64,000 nucleotides of DNA, taken from the NCBI GenBank assembly GCA_963723565.1, contig CAVRRH010000008.1, forward strand, positions 87,590 to 151,589. Direction: 5' to 3'. Made by a program: the position numbers and the translations under genes. A model generated the notes under the pieces. That model saw only the letters and a program-made list of their open reading frames with translations, did no database searches and had not been told where the DNA came from. Within the stretch, counting starts at the first letter, position 1. The number at the start of each line of letters is the position of its first letter. Positions 18,914 through 33,363 of the stretch are shown here, piece after piece. Source of the stretch: an uncultured Gemmatimonadales bacterium (lineage in GTDB: Bacteria > Gemmatimonadota > Gemmatimonadetes > Gemmatimonadales > GWC2-71-9).

Positions 18914-20214
18914 CTATAACCGGCCAGCGCGAAGCAGGATCTCTGACTGCCCCACCCGGGGAAGCTGCTGGACCGCCTTGGGATCACTCATGTCCACCCG
19001 CGCCGCCATCTGGGCCCTGTGCTCCGCGGCCGTCGTCTGGCTCCAGGCAACCGCCACCGAGTCGCCATACACCGCAACTACCGGGAAGCTCGCCGCGACA
19101 CCGGGGTCGCTGAGCACGCTCTCTCGGCCGAAGCTCCGCCCGCTGTCCGCCGACCGGCGTGCCAGAGACCCGTGGCATGTCGCTCAGCCCATCGTCCCAG
19201 ACGACATACACTCCTCCTGCCGGCGCCAGCGCCAGCTGTATGTGCGCGGGCGGGCCCGGTCGCCGGTTGCGATCGGTTGGGCCGGTGAATGTCTTCCCTG
19301 TCGTCGGATCGGGCATAGTACACGCCCGCCTCGCCTTCCTTCCCGTCCACCAGGCCACATGAACCCGCGCCCTGGGCGTCCACCTGGAGCGAGGGCCCCG
19401 CGTGCGGGCAGCCAGGATAGACCCAGTCATCCTGCCGGGGCCGCACCGGCGGGTCCAGGTCTGCCACCGTCCGAGGACCGGGTCACCACGACGTCGCGAA
19501 CGTCGTCCGGCAGAATCGCTCGCCAGGCCACGTAGATGGTGCCATCCGCGGCGACCGCCACTGAGGTCCGGCAGCAGGGACAGGTGGGATCGGAGTAGAT
19601 CGGCCGGTTGGCCTCCCAAGTCCGCCCGCCGTCATGGGACCGGCTCATCCACACGCCGGAATGGCCCTCGCGGGCGTCGAGCCAGGTAGCCAACAGGAGC
19701 CGTTCGGCGGCGCGGTGAGCGCGTGGAAGTTGTGGGAGCCGAACTCGTGCCCATCGTTGACGGTGACGGGTTGCTCCAGGTCCGTCCCTGGTCGGTCGAG
19801 CGAATGAAGCGCAGCGCGCTGACGGGAAAACGCTTGCCCGGCACCTCCTTCCCCACTGCGTACAACACCGATATCGCCCCGCCGAGTCGGCCGCGAGCTG
19901 GGGCGGGGCCTCGCCGTGCGCCTCGATGGCCCCAGCGGATCGCGCACGGTACGGTGGGTAGCGGGGTGCGCGGCGCCAGCCGGCGTCACCGACAGGTTGA
20001 GGCTGCCGTCCGGAGCCCCCATCCGGTGCAGACACCCATGACACCACGCGGTCCCGGGGTGTCGAGAGGAACATCGGTGTCGCGCCGTTTTCGGTCTCCT
20101 GCGAGACCACCAGGGCCGGCGTGAAATCCAGAGCCGGACCTCTCGATTGAGCACCGCAGGCTGTGCAGCACGCAGGGCCGCCACGATCTCGACCGCGAAT
20201 GATCGGGTATGCAT
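18914..20214 (-). pseudogene. BNR/Asp-box (sialidase-like) beta-propeller protein. As sequenced it is broken by about 5 or more frame changes.
   Basis: Spliced from ORFs 19645..20457, 19427..20551, 19632..19868, 18984..19619, 19078..19467 and 18914..19117 (all -). Asp-box motifs are RSTDQGRTWSNP, SRSHDGGRTWEAN and TRSSDGG, plus SVAVAADGTIYVAWR and GVYYARSDD. The ATG at 20214 overlaps the upstream TonB-receptor stop (TGATG). Confidence 0.6.
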
Positions 20215-22536
20215 CAGTTGAACCGATACTGCGCGCCGAGGTAGAACTGGCGCGGCGCGCCGGGACGGAACCGCTCGCCCTGCTGCGCATTGAAGGACGA
20301 AGTCTCGGCGAAGGTGCGGTTGCCCAGGTTGGTGACCCGGCCAGTGAGCTCCAAATGGGCCACCACCGGCACCGTGCCGTAGACATTGAACAGACTGTGT
20401 CCGGCGTACTTGTGGGTGTTGTCCGGATCCATCCAGTAGGACCCCAACCGGGTCCACTCGAACGCGATGAGGCCTGACGAGAGGAAAGCCGGCCGGTAAC
20501 TGAGCCGAGCGTTGCCCAGGAAGCGGGGCGCCAGCTCCATCTCGTTGCCACTGTAGTCGACGCCCGCTCTCGGGCTCCAGGCGACGTAGGTGTGTTCGGC
20601 GTAGGACACCGCGCCGTCCAGCCGCAAGCCGGCTACCACGGCAAGCCCGACGCCGAGCTCTACTCCCCGGTGATTCGTCGCGCCGGCGTTCTGGGTGAGT
20701 CTAAGGCCGTTGGTCGGATCGAAGAATGTCAGGATGTCGTCCCGCAAGCGCATGCTGTACCCGGTGGCCTCGCAGGGTCACCACCCCGCCGAGTGCCGTT
20801 CTGAAACCGGCCTCCCAACTCGCTGCCCGAACCGGTTTGAGATCCACCGTGCTCTCGGCGGAGCCCTGGCGGAAGAGTTGGCTCTCGGAAGGCGCCCGAA
20901 ACGCCTCGCGATAGGAGGCGAACACGCTCGCGTTGGGCGCGATCTCCCAGGTGGCACCGAGCTTGGGACTAAGCCGGTTGAAGCCGACGCCGGTGGAGGC
21001 GGGCCGCCGATGGGAGCCGGTCTCCAGCACACTCAGCCGGTTGTCGTACTCGTAGCCGAGCTGGTCGTACCGCGCGCCGGCGCTGAGCTGCACCCTGCCC
21101 GGCAGGGACACGTCCGCCTGGGCGTAGGGCGAAGCTTGCCAGAACGCGACATCGTAGTCGTACTGCACCTCGCCGGTCGTGTAGGCGGTGAATACCTGCC
21201 CGGCACGCTGAGGCTGGATCTCGGTCTCCAGCCTGCTGCCGGGGCTGTACTCCAGGTCCAGGCCGGTGCTGAAATTGGTGCGGAGCTGGGGCAAGGTCCG
21301 GCGGTAGTGGGTCAGCAGCCCGATCGAATAGTTACGGCTCTCCCAGGTCTGTGGATCGAAGCTCAACTGCCAGGAGGGAAGCAGATCCATGCTGTTGTAC
21401 CGCGCATACAGCGTCCCCCGAAAGGACGATTGCTCGGTCCGTACCTGGAGCTCCGACGAGAGCCGAGTCGCCCACACCCGGCGAAACGCGATCGGGGTGT
21501 AGTTCAGGAACGGCGCGGTTTGGAAGTCCGTGGCGGTGAGATCGCTGCCGCCGTCTCCCGGTTGATCGATATGAGAGACTGCCGCCACTGTCTTGATGCG
21601 AGCGCGGTCGCTGAGATGATAGTCCCACCGCAAGGTGCCGCTCTGGCGATCGTAGGGGGTATCGTTCCGCCACCCATCCGACCGGGTGACGTTGGCATCC
21701 AGCCGCACCCCTGTCCGCCCGAAGGAGTTGCTGGCCGATCCCAGCCCCCGCACATACCTACTGCTCCCGCCTTCGACAAACAGCTCGGCTTCAGACTGGG
21801 CCGTCGGCTCGCGGGTAAATGAGTTGATCACGCCGCCCACCGCGTCGCTGCCGTAGACCGCTGTCCCCGGCCCTTTGATAATCTCCAGCCGCCCGGCCTG
21901 AGGGATGTTGATCTCGTAGAGGGCGTTGTGGTTGAAGAATCCGGTTGAACGGATGGGGACTCCGTCTTCCAGGTAGGCATACAGCGCCTTGGTCGTGATC
22001 GGTTGGCGGATGGCGGTGGCGTGGCCCTCCCCTCCAAAGTTGCTGACGTAGACGCCGGGACGTGTGGTTCACCAGCTCGGAGGGATGGTGCCCCCGGGTC
22101 TCCCGGATCTCCTCCTCACGGATCACGCCCACGCTGAGCGGCGTGGAGGAGGCGAGCTGTTCTTCGCGACTGGTGCTCACCACCACTTCGGGCAAGGTGA
22201 CGACGGCGGGCTTGAGCTCGGAACTCCAGCCTGGCGGAATCCCCGGGTAGACTCGTGACCGACTGCCGGGCGGGCCGGTAGCCGATGGCGCGTGGCCTCG
22301 ACCAGATGGCTCCCGAATCTCACTCCCCCCAGCCGGAACCGTCCGGCAGAATCGGAGGTCATGGAACGGCCAAGCTCCGGAATGCCGACCGAGGCGCGAG
22401 CCAGAGGTGTTCCCTGGGCGTTGAGCACGACCCCTCGAATGCTGCTCGGGTATCTTGGGCCCGGGCGCGAGTGGGCACGACGGTGGTGCCCAGCATTAAC
22501 AGCGCGCCGCACAGGACAGCTTGTCTCGCATGTCAT
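20214..22536 (-). pseudogene. TonB-dependent receptor with an N-terminal carboxypeptidase-regulatory-like domain. At least 3 frame changes as sequenced.
   Basis: Fragments are 22177..22536 (IRGVVLNAQGTPLARASVGIPELGRSMTSDSAGRFRL), 21791..22195 (plug start EVVVSTSREEQLASSTPLSVGVI) and 20701..21840 + 20214..20753 (barrel, ends GAQYRFN). One piece is not in the track and was translated manually at 21841-22060: PGVYVSNFGGEGHATAIRQPITTKALYAYLEDGVPIRSTGFFNHNALYEINIPQAGRLEIIKGPGTAVYGSDA. The start is uncertain. Confidence 0.75.
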
Positions 22537-22646
22537 TGTAGATCTCCATCGCTGAATCCCGCTGCTAGGCGGGGACTGGTCCGAACCGACCGGCGCGGAA
22601 TGCGCCTAACGGTACTGGGAGAGTGCGCGCTTAATGTCTGCGCGCT

Positions 22647-22996
22647 TCAGGCTGGTGGAGCGGTAGCGGGCGGAAGGAGATCCGAGGGAGTGTCGACCGG
22701 GACGAAGGCGGCGTCGGTGGGCAGAATGACGTGCTGATCCGGCTGAACCACGGCCACGACGATGGTGAGCGGCTTTACCGGCGAATCACACCGGCGGTGT
22801 TGCAGGAGCCTATGCAATGACAGCCCTGCGAGTGGCCCGTCTCGGAGGGGCTCGAGTCGTGGTGCTGATGATCGGCGCAGCCGTCGCCTGGGCCGGGCAG
22901 GCGTGCAGCCATTGCACCGCGGTGCCGGAGATCCCCGGGAGCGAGGAGCAACAGGGCGAGCGCCATGACTCGGCTGCGTCGGAGAAGCGCGGTCAT
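22647..22996 (-). CDS. Small secreted Cys/His-rich hypothetical protein upstream of the TonB receptor. A probable frameshift lies near 22775.
   Basis: ORF 22775..23008(-) gives MTALLRRSRVMALALLLLAPG (signal) ...GCADHQHHDSSPSETGHSQGCHCIGSC. A shifted frame continues DSPVKPLTIVVAVVQPDQHVILPTDAAFVPVDTPSDLLPP to TGA 22647. Third-position GC is high in both parts. No family assignment. Confidence 0.35.
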
Positions 22997-23126
22997 GGCC
23001 AAGAACATAGGCCTAGGAGTACCGGAGCGAAAGGACGCAATTGATTACGACCGGCTAACACCTCCTCATCCCGGACGCAGTGTGGGTATCCTGAAGATAC
23101 GCCGGGTGAAGAAGCGGTTCCCAGGA

Positions 23127-23213
23127 CGGACAGGGAGGGATTCGAACCCTCGATACCCTTACAGGTATGCCACCTTTCCAGGGTGGTGCCTTCAACCACT
23201 CGGCCACCTGTCC
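23127..23213 (-). tRNA. tRNA-Ser (anticodon GGA)
   Basis: The reverse complement is GGACAGGTGGCCGAGTGGTTGAAGGCACCACCCTGGAAAGGTGGCATACCTGTAAGGGTATCGAGGGTTCGAATCCCTCCCTGTCCG. It folds as a cloverleaf with a long variable arm and anticodon loop CUGGAAA. CCA is not encoded. Confidence 0.95.
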
Positions 23214-23276
23214 TGAATCGTTGTCGGGCCGCAACTTAGCGGCCTAGCAGAGGGAGGTCAACGTGAGGCTGAACCG

Positions 23277-24470
<1,194 letters not shown>

Positions 24471-24474
<4 letters not shown>

Positions 24475-27044
24475 GGCGTGCCTCCTCGCTGCTCGAACTC
24501 GGCGCGTGCCTGACGGATGCTCGTCAGTGCGCTCGCCTTCTCTTCCTCGGTGTTCCAGTCCTTGCTGGCCGGGCGGCAGCCTCCAGGCGCGCGATCCAGG
24601 CGAGGAAGTAGTCGGCATCGCGCGGGCGAGCGGATCGGCTGCCCAGCCACCGTACATAGATCGGACTGGTGGTCGCGTAGGGATAGACATCGAGAATCGG
24701 ATATGCCGGACCGTTCCCTCGGGCGCGCAGCAGATACCACCCGCTTCCCCGCACCGGCAGCCGCACACTGGTTGACACCCTGGTCCGATCGCCCGGAGAG
24801 CGGTATCTGCGATCAGCACCTCTCCGTTGCGCACAATCTCCAGATGGTCCACCGGCACGATCGAGTTCAGGCGTCACCCTGGCCAGCCAGCTCGCGCCGC
24901 ACGGTTTCCGATGGCGCAGCTCACTGCCGAGCTCCTTTCCGTTGAGCGTGAAACCGAGCAGCGGTCCATTGGTCGCAAAGCTGCGCCCCGCCTTCAGTGC
25001 CGCCAGCCAGCCGTCGGTGATTCAGCGGGCCGGCAATCTTCGGCGAAGACGCGGTTCATCCCGACCGGCCCCCGCAGCGAGGCGAAGTTGGCCATGGCAT
25101 CGGTACCCGCACCGGCAGGAAGCCGGAACCCGCAGTTGAGCAGCTGGTACCACACCCTGCGCCGTGGCGATCATAGTCGTCCACGAAGCCCATGGCCTCG
25201 TAGTAGTCCACCTTGCCGAGAGCGACGTCCACCGGCAGCTCGTGGGTGAGCGGCTTGGTCGAGTCCCGCGGGTCGGGATAGCTGTCAAAGGGATGGACGT
25301 ACCCGGTGATGGCGCCCTGCTCGTGGGCCAGGTCGCACGACGCCGGCATTGGTGGGATAGAGACTCGCGGCGGCAGTGTTCGCGTACCCGGCGTAGCCCG
25401 GGCAGCAGGAGGTTCGGCGTCGAAGGCCCAGCAGCCCAGTGTGTCCCCAGAAGCTGGTGTGGTACTCCTGATCGTGCACGATGATCGTCGCGGCGCGTGG
25501 ATACCGGGTCCGGCCGGCCGGTGAAATAGCCGACGTCCGGAACCCGCCCTTCCTTGTTGACGATCAGGTTTTCCACCAGGTGGAGGTCTTCGGCTCGGGC
25601 CTGGAGCGCGAGTTGCTCGGGGTGTTGCGGTAGGCGCCGCCGTAGTTCATGTGCACGTGAAGATCGCCACTGTACCAGCCGGCGGCCGGCAGATCGACCA
25701 GCCGGTTGAGCACGATCCGGAGCGGAGCCGTCGAATCGGGCCGCACTGTCAGCGTGCGCCGCCCGACCCGGTACTCCGGTCCGCGAGAGACCTCGACCGT
25801 CGAGCCGGCCGGCGGGACCGTAACCGCCGACGCGCCGGTGGTATGGAAGTAGCCGTACTCGAAGCTCCGCTGCTCGCGATCGAAGCCGTCGTCGGCGTGG
25901 CGCCAGGCATCGTCCGGCGCGAAGCTTCGGCCATCCGGTCCCGGTGATCGAGACTCGCGCGGGCATCGCTGCGACCGGTCATCCGATCGATCACAGTGAT
26001 CGCGAGCCGTCGCCACCGGCTCCTGGTAGATCCGCCGCTCCGCTGCGCAGCCGCTCGATCGCTCCGCCCGGGACGCTCGACGATCCGAAGCTCGGTGTTG
26101 CCATCTTCGTTGGAGATGTAGGCGATCCGCTCGGCCGTCGGGAGACCAGCGGGGGCCGGTGGCGTCGCCCTCGCCGATAGGTGAGCTGAAACGGATCGCC
26201 GCCATCGGCGGTCATGAGCCAGAGCTGATGCCACTGGCCGCCGAGATAGGAGCTGTAGACCACCCGCTTGCCGTCGCGGCTCCAGTCGGGCCGAGCCTTC
26301 CAGGTGGTTTCCTCGTAGCGAAGCTCCGCGGCGCGCGCCTCCGCGCTGCGCCGCCATCCGCCAGAACCCGCCGGAGCCCCAGATGTGGCCCCGGTTGGAG
26401 ATGAAGATCAGGTCCTTGCCGTCGGGCGACCAGCGTCGGTGAGAGATACTGGTCGTAGGCGCCATAGTAGTAGCGTGGCAGCCGGCTGTGCCGGTCTTCG
26501 GTGATCCGCTCCGCCGTGGCCGAGCGTACCGTCTCCGTGCACCGGTGGCGATGAAGATGTGCCAGCGGCCCTCGAAGCCGATGGAGACGAAGGCGAGCCG
26601 CGTGCCGTCGGGAGACCAGCGCGGCTCGACGTTGACCGCTGCCGTCGGCGACCAGCGGCCGGGTCTCGCCGCTCGAGAGGTCCAGCAGGCGGAGCTCGAT
26701 GGCGTCGTTGTCGATACGACGCGTACACGACATGGCGGCCGTCGGGAGACCAATCGGGCTGATAGGCGTATCCCGGACCCGAGGTGAGCTGGCGTGCTTC
26801 CTTGCTGCCGAGCCGCTGGCGCCAGAGCGAGCCCTGCATCGAGTAGATCAGCTCCTGGCCATCGGGTGACCAGGTCACACGCGCTGGGCCCGCTGGTGAG
26901 CTGCGGGAGGTACATCTCGCGGTAGTAGTAGCTGTGGGGGACCTTGATCTGCCGCAGCACCGGCTCGCGCTGGGCCATGGCCGGCCGGAGCAGAAGCCCG
27001 GGGACGAGGAGTCCACACACAGCAGGTACCTGACGGCGACGCAT
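24471..27044 (-). pseudogene. Secreted TolB/PD40-type beta-propeller fused to a CehA/McbA-like (PHP-type) metallohydrolase domain. About 10 or more frame changes as sequenced.
   Basis: Spliced from ORFs 25749..27347, 26408..27109, 26212..26733, 25991..26263, 25564..26205, 25022..25966, 25285..25479, 25056..25349, 24524..24877 and 24471..24740 (-). Signal peptide: MRRRQVPAVCGLLVPGLLLRPAMAQ. Repeated propeller motifs: VTWSPDGQELIY, QPDWSPDGRHVVYASY, EPRWSPDGTRLAFVS, RRWSPDGKDLIFISN. Hydrolase motifs: WYSGDLHVHMNYGG, HDQEYHTSFWGHTGLLG, GYVHPFD. Confidence 0.65.
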
Positions 27045-27069
27045 GCACGCAAGTCCGAGGCTCGAGCGA

Positions 27070-28542
27070 TCACCGCAGGCTCGGTAAGACGATTGCAGGC
27101 AGCCAGCACGCTGGCGCCGGCGCGCGCGCCAGTACACCACGCCGCCCAGAAGGACGAACAGCGCGGCGCCGCCGATGACCTTGAGCCGGAAGAGCCAGGG
27201 CTGCGCGGTGTCCGATGGTGGAATGGTGGCCACGATCATGGCCAACGTGGTGAGCAGAAGGCCGCCGGCGCCGACGGCCGACTGCGGTCGCCCTCCCTCT
27301 ACGCCAGGAGCCTGAATCGGGCAGCGGCTCCCGCAGGCGGACATCACATAGGTAAGAGAACAGGTAGAGGTAGGGAATGAAGTAGATCAGCAGCATCGTG
27401 TCGAGCAGAATCAGGTACGCTCGTTCCACCGTGGTGCCTCTTCCCAGCACCGACAGCAGCAGGAAGACGGTGGCGAGCACCGCCTGAGTGAGGATGGCGA
27501 CGTAGGGCGTCTTCCACCGGGGATGCACCCGGCCGAACGCCGGCGGGAAGTACCGGTCGAGTCCGATGACGAACGCCACCCGCGCCGGGCCGGTGAGCCA
27601 GGCCCCGATGCCGCCGATGTTGCCCAGCACGTACAGCGCCGCGGCAGCGGAATGAGCCAGGCCAGGCCGCCGAGGTCGCGCGCGCCCGCGGCCATCGCCT
27701 GGAAGAATCCCGAGACGATGTGCACCTCGGAGCTCGGCACCAGCCAGAGCAGTGAAGCCGTGCCGGCGATATACAGGAAAGCGATGAACGGTGCTGCGAT
27801 ATAGATCGAGCGCGGCAAGGTGCGGCGCGGATCCTTGATCTCGTCGCCCATCACGGCGCAGAGCTCGAGCCCGGCATAGGCAAAGGCGATCGAGGCCCAG
27901 AGATTCAGCTGCGACATGTTGCCGAGATCGGGCGTGATCGTGTCCAGAGTGATCGGCGTGGCCGGCGGCCCGGGTGAGCGCTGCGTGAATGCCGAAGCCG
28001 ATCAGCACCGCGCCGGGCAGGTAGGTGCCCACGGCGCCCAGGTTCTGCAGCCACCGGCCGGTCTTGAGTCCGACCACGTTCAAGCAGCACCGCCAGCCAG
28101 AGCGCGGTCAGCGTGGCGACGAGGATGTAGGTCCAGTTGTCCATCAGGCCGGTGTCGCCCCGCCCGATCGCGTAGGTGCCGATGACCGCGGTCGACATCA
28201 GCAGGTTGGGGTAGTACAGGATGTTGTTGACCCAGTAGCACCAGCCGCAGAGAAACCCGTGGCCCTCCCCGAAGGTCCGCTTGGTCCAGAAGTAGATCCC
28301 GCCCTCCTGGGGAAAGCGGGCGGAGAGATAGCTGACCGCCAGGCCCTGGGGAATGAAGAAGAACAGCGCCGCCAGCACCCACATGCGTCAGCGAGCTGGG
28401 CCCCGCGGCCGCGGCCGTGGCGGTCCAGCGCAGGCTGAGGATGGCCACGATGTTGAACAGCACCAGGTCCCGAAGGGTCAGCACCCGCGGCAGCTCGACC
28501 GGTGCAGTTCCGCGCGGTCCGGAATGTGCTCGGTCTAGTCAT
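27070..28542 (-). pseudogene. APC-superfamily amino acid/polyamine permease. About 4 or more frame changes as sequenced.
   Basis: Fragments are 28080..28484 (LTLRDLVLFNIVAILSLRW), 27905..28384 (ALFFFIPQGLAVSYLSARFPQEGGIYFWTKRTFGEGHGFLCGWCYWVNNILYYP), 27411..27917 and 27070..28083 (GIGAWLTGPARVAFVIGLDRYFPPAFGRVHPRWKTPYVAILTQAV). The C-terminal TM is in the N-terminal part of ORF 25749..27347. Both ends are approximate. Confidence 0.7.
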
Positions 28543-28615
28543 GCGGGAGCAGCCGAGCTATCTGTCATCTTGGGGCGTAGCGTCGAGGGTGCGAGAGCTT
28601 CGACGCCTCGGATGA

Positions 28616-29470
28616 TCATTGCTTGAGGTACAACCGCTTGGGATCCAGCACCTCGCGCAAGAGGTGAAGCTCGCGATCGGTCGGCGGCTCTACCTCAGCT
28701 CAGCTGGCTCCTGCTCCGGAGCGGCCAGCCGACCTCCGCCGCCACCTCGGCGGCCTCAACGCCGGGGTAGAGAGCGCGAGAGCACCAGCTCGCCCGTCTC
28801 GCGGATCGGCCTCCAGAATCGCCTTGTCGGTGACCACCCGTGGTGGGCCCGGCGCCGGGCATGCCCAGCTCCCGCCGGCTCCGGCCCTTGCTCTCGATGA
28901 CCCGGGCTGGTGACGAAGTCCACCCGCTCCGGAAAGACCCGCCGGTCCAGCCGGCTGATCACCACGGTTCGCCGGGCGTGGATGGCAATCTCCGCCGCGC
29001 CTCCGCTGCCGGGCAGACGCACTGCCGGGCGGGCGTAATCGCCCACCACGGTGGTGTTGATGTTGCCGTAGCGGTCGATCTGCGCGCCACCGAGAAAGCC
29101 GACCTCGATCCGGCCATTCTGGAGCAGAGCACTGAAACACGTCCGCCATGCTGCAGACCATCAGCGAGCCGGTGACCAGCGCCGGATCGCCAATCGAGAC
29201 CGGCAGGCGCTCGGGCACGGCGCCCACTGCGCCGGATTCATAGATCAGCACCAGATTGGGCGCGTGCGTCGCGCGGGCCAGGTTGCAGGCCAGGTTGGGC
29301 AGTCCGATGCCGACGAACACGACTTCGCCATCGCGCAGCTCCCGCGCGGCGACGGCGGTCATCATTTCGGCGGGGGTGTAGTCGAGTCGCGAGTCACCGC
29401 GCCTGTCACGCCCGAGCGCAGACGAGGCGGCCAGCCGCATAGAGTTCTGGCGACGTGCCATTCGCTTCAC
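28616..29470 (-). pseudogene. CoA-transferase subunit B (family I, glutaconate/3-oxoacid type). About 3 or more frame changes as sequenced.
   Basis: ORF 28700..29470 gives DYTPAEMMTAVAARELRDGEVVFVGIGLPNLACNLARATHAPNLVLIYESGAVG. Manual frames give LLQNGRIEVGFLGGAQIDRYGNINTTVVGDYARPAVRLPGSGGAAEIA (ORF 28756..29049) and the C-terminus EVEPPTDRELHLLREVLDPKRLYLKQ, ending at TGA 28616-28618. That ending is not visible in any single listed ORF. Confidence 0.75.
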
Positions 29471-30411
29471 GCTCGGGTGACTCGCTCCGCTCTCGGTGAC
29501 TCATAGAACCCATAGTTCACCCCCGCACACACCCGCTGCGAGCCCTGAGCCGATCGAGTCCGCCGCACCGCTCCACGTACTCCGCTCGGTCCTCGACCCC
29601 GTACACGAATTCGTCCAGATACCGCTCCAGCGCCGCCGGATCGCGCGAGATCGGCTCCCAGCCGATGTAGAACTCGTTGTCCCGGTCGTAATAGCCCTGC
29701 GCGTAGGAGGGATGAGCACCCCAGGGCTCGACCACCACGGCATCCACGATCAGTCCCGGGATCAGCGTGCCGGTTGGGATCGGCCCGGATCACCGACTCG
29801 ATCCACCAGCTCCTCCACCACGACGATGACCCGGCTTGAGGCAAACGCGGCCTCCTTCTGCACGCCGAGCAGTCCCCAGATCTGGGTGTTGCCCTCGCGA
29901 TCGGCGCGCTGGGCGTGGACGATGGTGACGTCCGGGATTGAGCGCCGGGCACGGTGGCGAGAGTCTCGCCGGTGTAGGGACAGGTCACCGTGCGGATCAG
30001 CGGGATTCACCGCCGGCAGATCGGTGCCCATGTAGTTGCGCAGGGTCCAGAACGGCAGCCGGGCCGCGCCCGCGCTCAGCCGGGCCACCATGCCGAAGTG
30101 GGAGTACTCCTCCAGCTCCAGCGGCGGTCCCTTCCCTTCTACCGCTCGCCGAAAGGCATGCAGCGAGCCGGCGCCCGGATTTCCCGCCCAGGAGAACACC
30201 AGCTTCCGGGCGCAGCCGGCGGCGATCATCTGGTCGTAGATGAGGTCGGGAGTCAGCCGGCAGAGGGTGAGGTCCCGCCGCCCTGGCGGATGATCTCGTG
30301 CGCCGGCGGCGAAGCAGATGAGGTGGGTGAAGCCTTCGATGACCACGGTGTCGCCGTCATGCACGTGCGCGGCGATCGCCTCGCGCATGCTGACGACTTT
30401 GGAGCGACCGC

Positions 30412-30415
<4 letters not shown>
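29467..30415 (-). pseudogene. CoA-transferase subunit A. About 3 frame changes as sequenced.
   Basis: Fragments are 29762..30568 (VVSMREAIAAHVHDGDTVVIEGFTHLICFAAG...KLVFSWAGNPGAGSLHAFRRAVE...DVTIVHAQRADREGNTQIWGLLGVQKEAAFAS), 29517..29747 (VVVEPWGAHPSYAQGYYDRDNEFY) and 29467..29988. The stop overlaps the subunit B GTG (GTGA). Confidence 0.75.
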
Positions 30416-31759
<1,344 letters not shown>

Positions 31760-31772
31760 GGATGGTCCCTTC

Positions 31773-33363
31773 TCATCCTTCGATGACGGTTCGGCTCTGC
31801 TCTCGCATGAACTGCGCGACATAGTAGGGCCCGCAGCCGCCCTTGCCGGTGGAGCCCGAGCCCTTCCAGCCGCAGAACGGCTGGGCTCCCGGCCAGGCGC
31901 CGGTGGTGGCACCCGGTGCGCTTGTTGGCGTAGCACACCCCGGCTTCGACCTCGTCGAAGAACCGGGCGACCTCGGCCGGGTTCCTCGAGAAGATGCCGG
32001 CGGTGAGCCCGTACTCTACCCGGTTGGTCTCCGCGATCGCCTGGTCCAGGCCGGCCACCTCGCCGACGGCGAGAAAGGGCACGAACAGCTCCTCCTGGAA
32101 GAGCGACGTGCTCGAGCGGCAAGCTGCGCGATGGTGGGTGCCACGAAGTGGCCTCGATCGAAGACGCTCGCCCCGGAGCCGCGCGCCGCCGAGCAGCACG
32201 CGTGCCCTCGCGCTCGGGCCTGGGCCACGGCGCGCTCGAAGCGCTCCACCGACCGCTCGTTGATCACCGGTCCGAAGAAGACGTCCCGCTCGGAGGGATC
32301 GCCCATGCGGATGGCCCGGGTCTTCTCGAGCAGCCGTTCCAGGAACGGCGCCATCGACCTCGCGCTGCACATAGACCCGAGACGTGGCGCTGCATTTCTG
32401 ATTCTGAAGACTGAATGCGGAGCGCATGACGCCTTCGGCCGCGGCATCGAGATCGGCGCTGGCCAGCACCACCGCGGCGTTCTTTCCGCCCAGCTCCAGG
32501 AGACACGGGCTTGATCCAGCGGCCGCTCAGCCCCGCGTGGATGCGCATGCCCACCTGCTTCGACCCGGTGAACACGACGCCGTCGATCCCGGGGTGCTGC
32601 CAGAGCGGGTCGCCGATGTCCTCGCGCCGCCCGATCAAGATGTTGAACACGCCCGGACGGCAGCCCGGCGTCGCGATAGATCTCGATAGAGCTTGAGCCC
32701 GGTCCAGGGCGTATCCTCGGCCGGCTTGTACACCACGGCGTTGCCCGGCCGCCAGCGCGGCCGACGACATGCCGGCCGAGAGGGCCAGCGGAAAGTTGAA
32801 CGGGCGCGATGCAGGCAAAGACGCCGTAGGGGCGGAGCACGTCGGTGTTCCGCTCCACCGGCGTGATCCGGTTCATCGGTCCGGACGAAGCCGTCGGCGT
32901 CCTCCACCTGCTGGCAGTAGTAGTCGATCAGATCGGCCGACTCTTCGGCGTCGCCCATGGCTTCGAGCCGGCTCTTCCCCACCTCCAGGCTCATGAGGGC
33001 GGCCAGCTGCGTACTTGCGATCGCGAATGATGGTGGCGGCCCGGCGCAGCATCGCGACGCGCTCCGCGCCAGGGCCGCCGCGCCCAGTCCCGCTGCGCCT
33101 CGCGGCTGCTGGCGACCGCGGCGCTCGACGTGCGTCGGGTGCCGCCGCCGCGAACCGGCCCAGCACCAGGCTGGTGTCGATCGGCGAGCGGTCCACCAGC
33201 GGCTCGGACGGCGGTCTCGACCGGCTGGCCGTCGATATAGAACGGGTGAGATCCGCCCGGCCTGCGCGCCGGACATCCTCGCAGCGGCGGCGTCGAAAAG
33301 CCGGTGAAACTCCTCGAGATCGCCGCTGGCGGAGGTGTAGGTGATCTTGGTAGGTGCGGTCAT
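31773..33363 (-). pseudogene. Aldehyde dehydrogenase family protein (P5C/semialdehyde dehydrogenase-like). About 5 frame changes as sequenced.
   Basis: The start is ATG 33363 (MTAPTKITYTSASGDLEEFHRLFD). Fragments are 32635..34491 (C-terminal part), 32873..33196, 32016..32876, 32264..32818 (FNFPLALSAGMSSAALAAG...GIDGVVFTGSKQVG) and 31756..32472 (LASADLDAAAEGVMRSAFSLQNQKCSATSRVYV, catalytic Cys). The end GPYYVAQFMREQSRTVIEG* was translated manually (TGA 31773). Confidence 0.75.

Noticed and set aside
27044-27347. ORF 25749..27347 as a single 532-aa protein.
   Set aside because: It is a chimera. Its first ~100 residues are the C-terminal TM region of the APC permease read in frame into the signal peptide (MRRRQVPAV...) of the next gene. 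Downstream it leaves the true frame of the TolB/hydrolase gene repeatedly.
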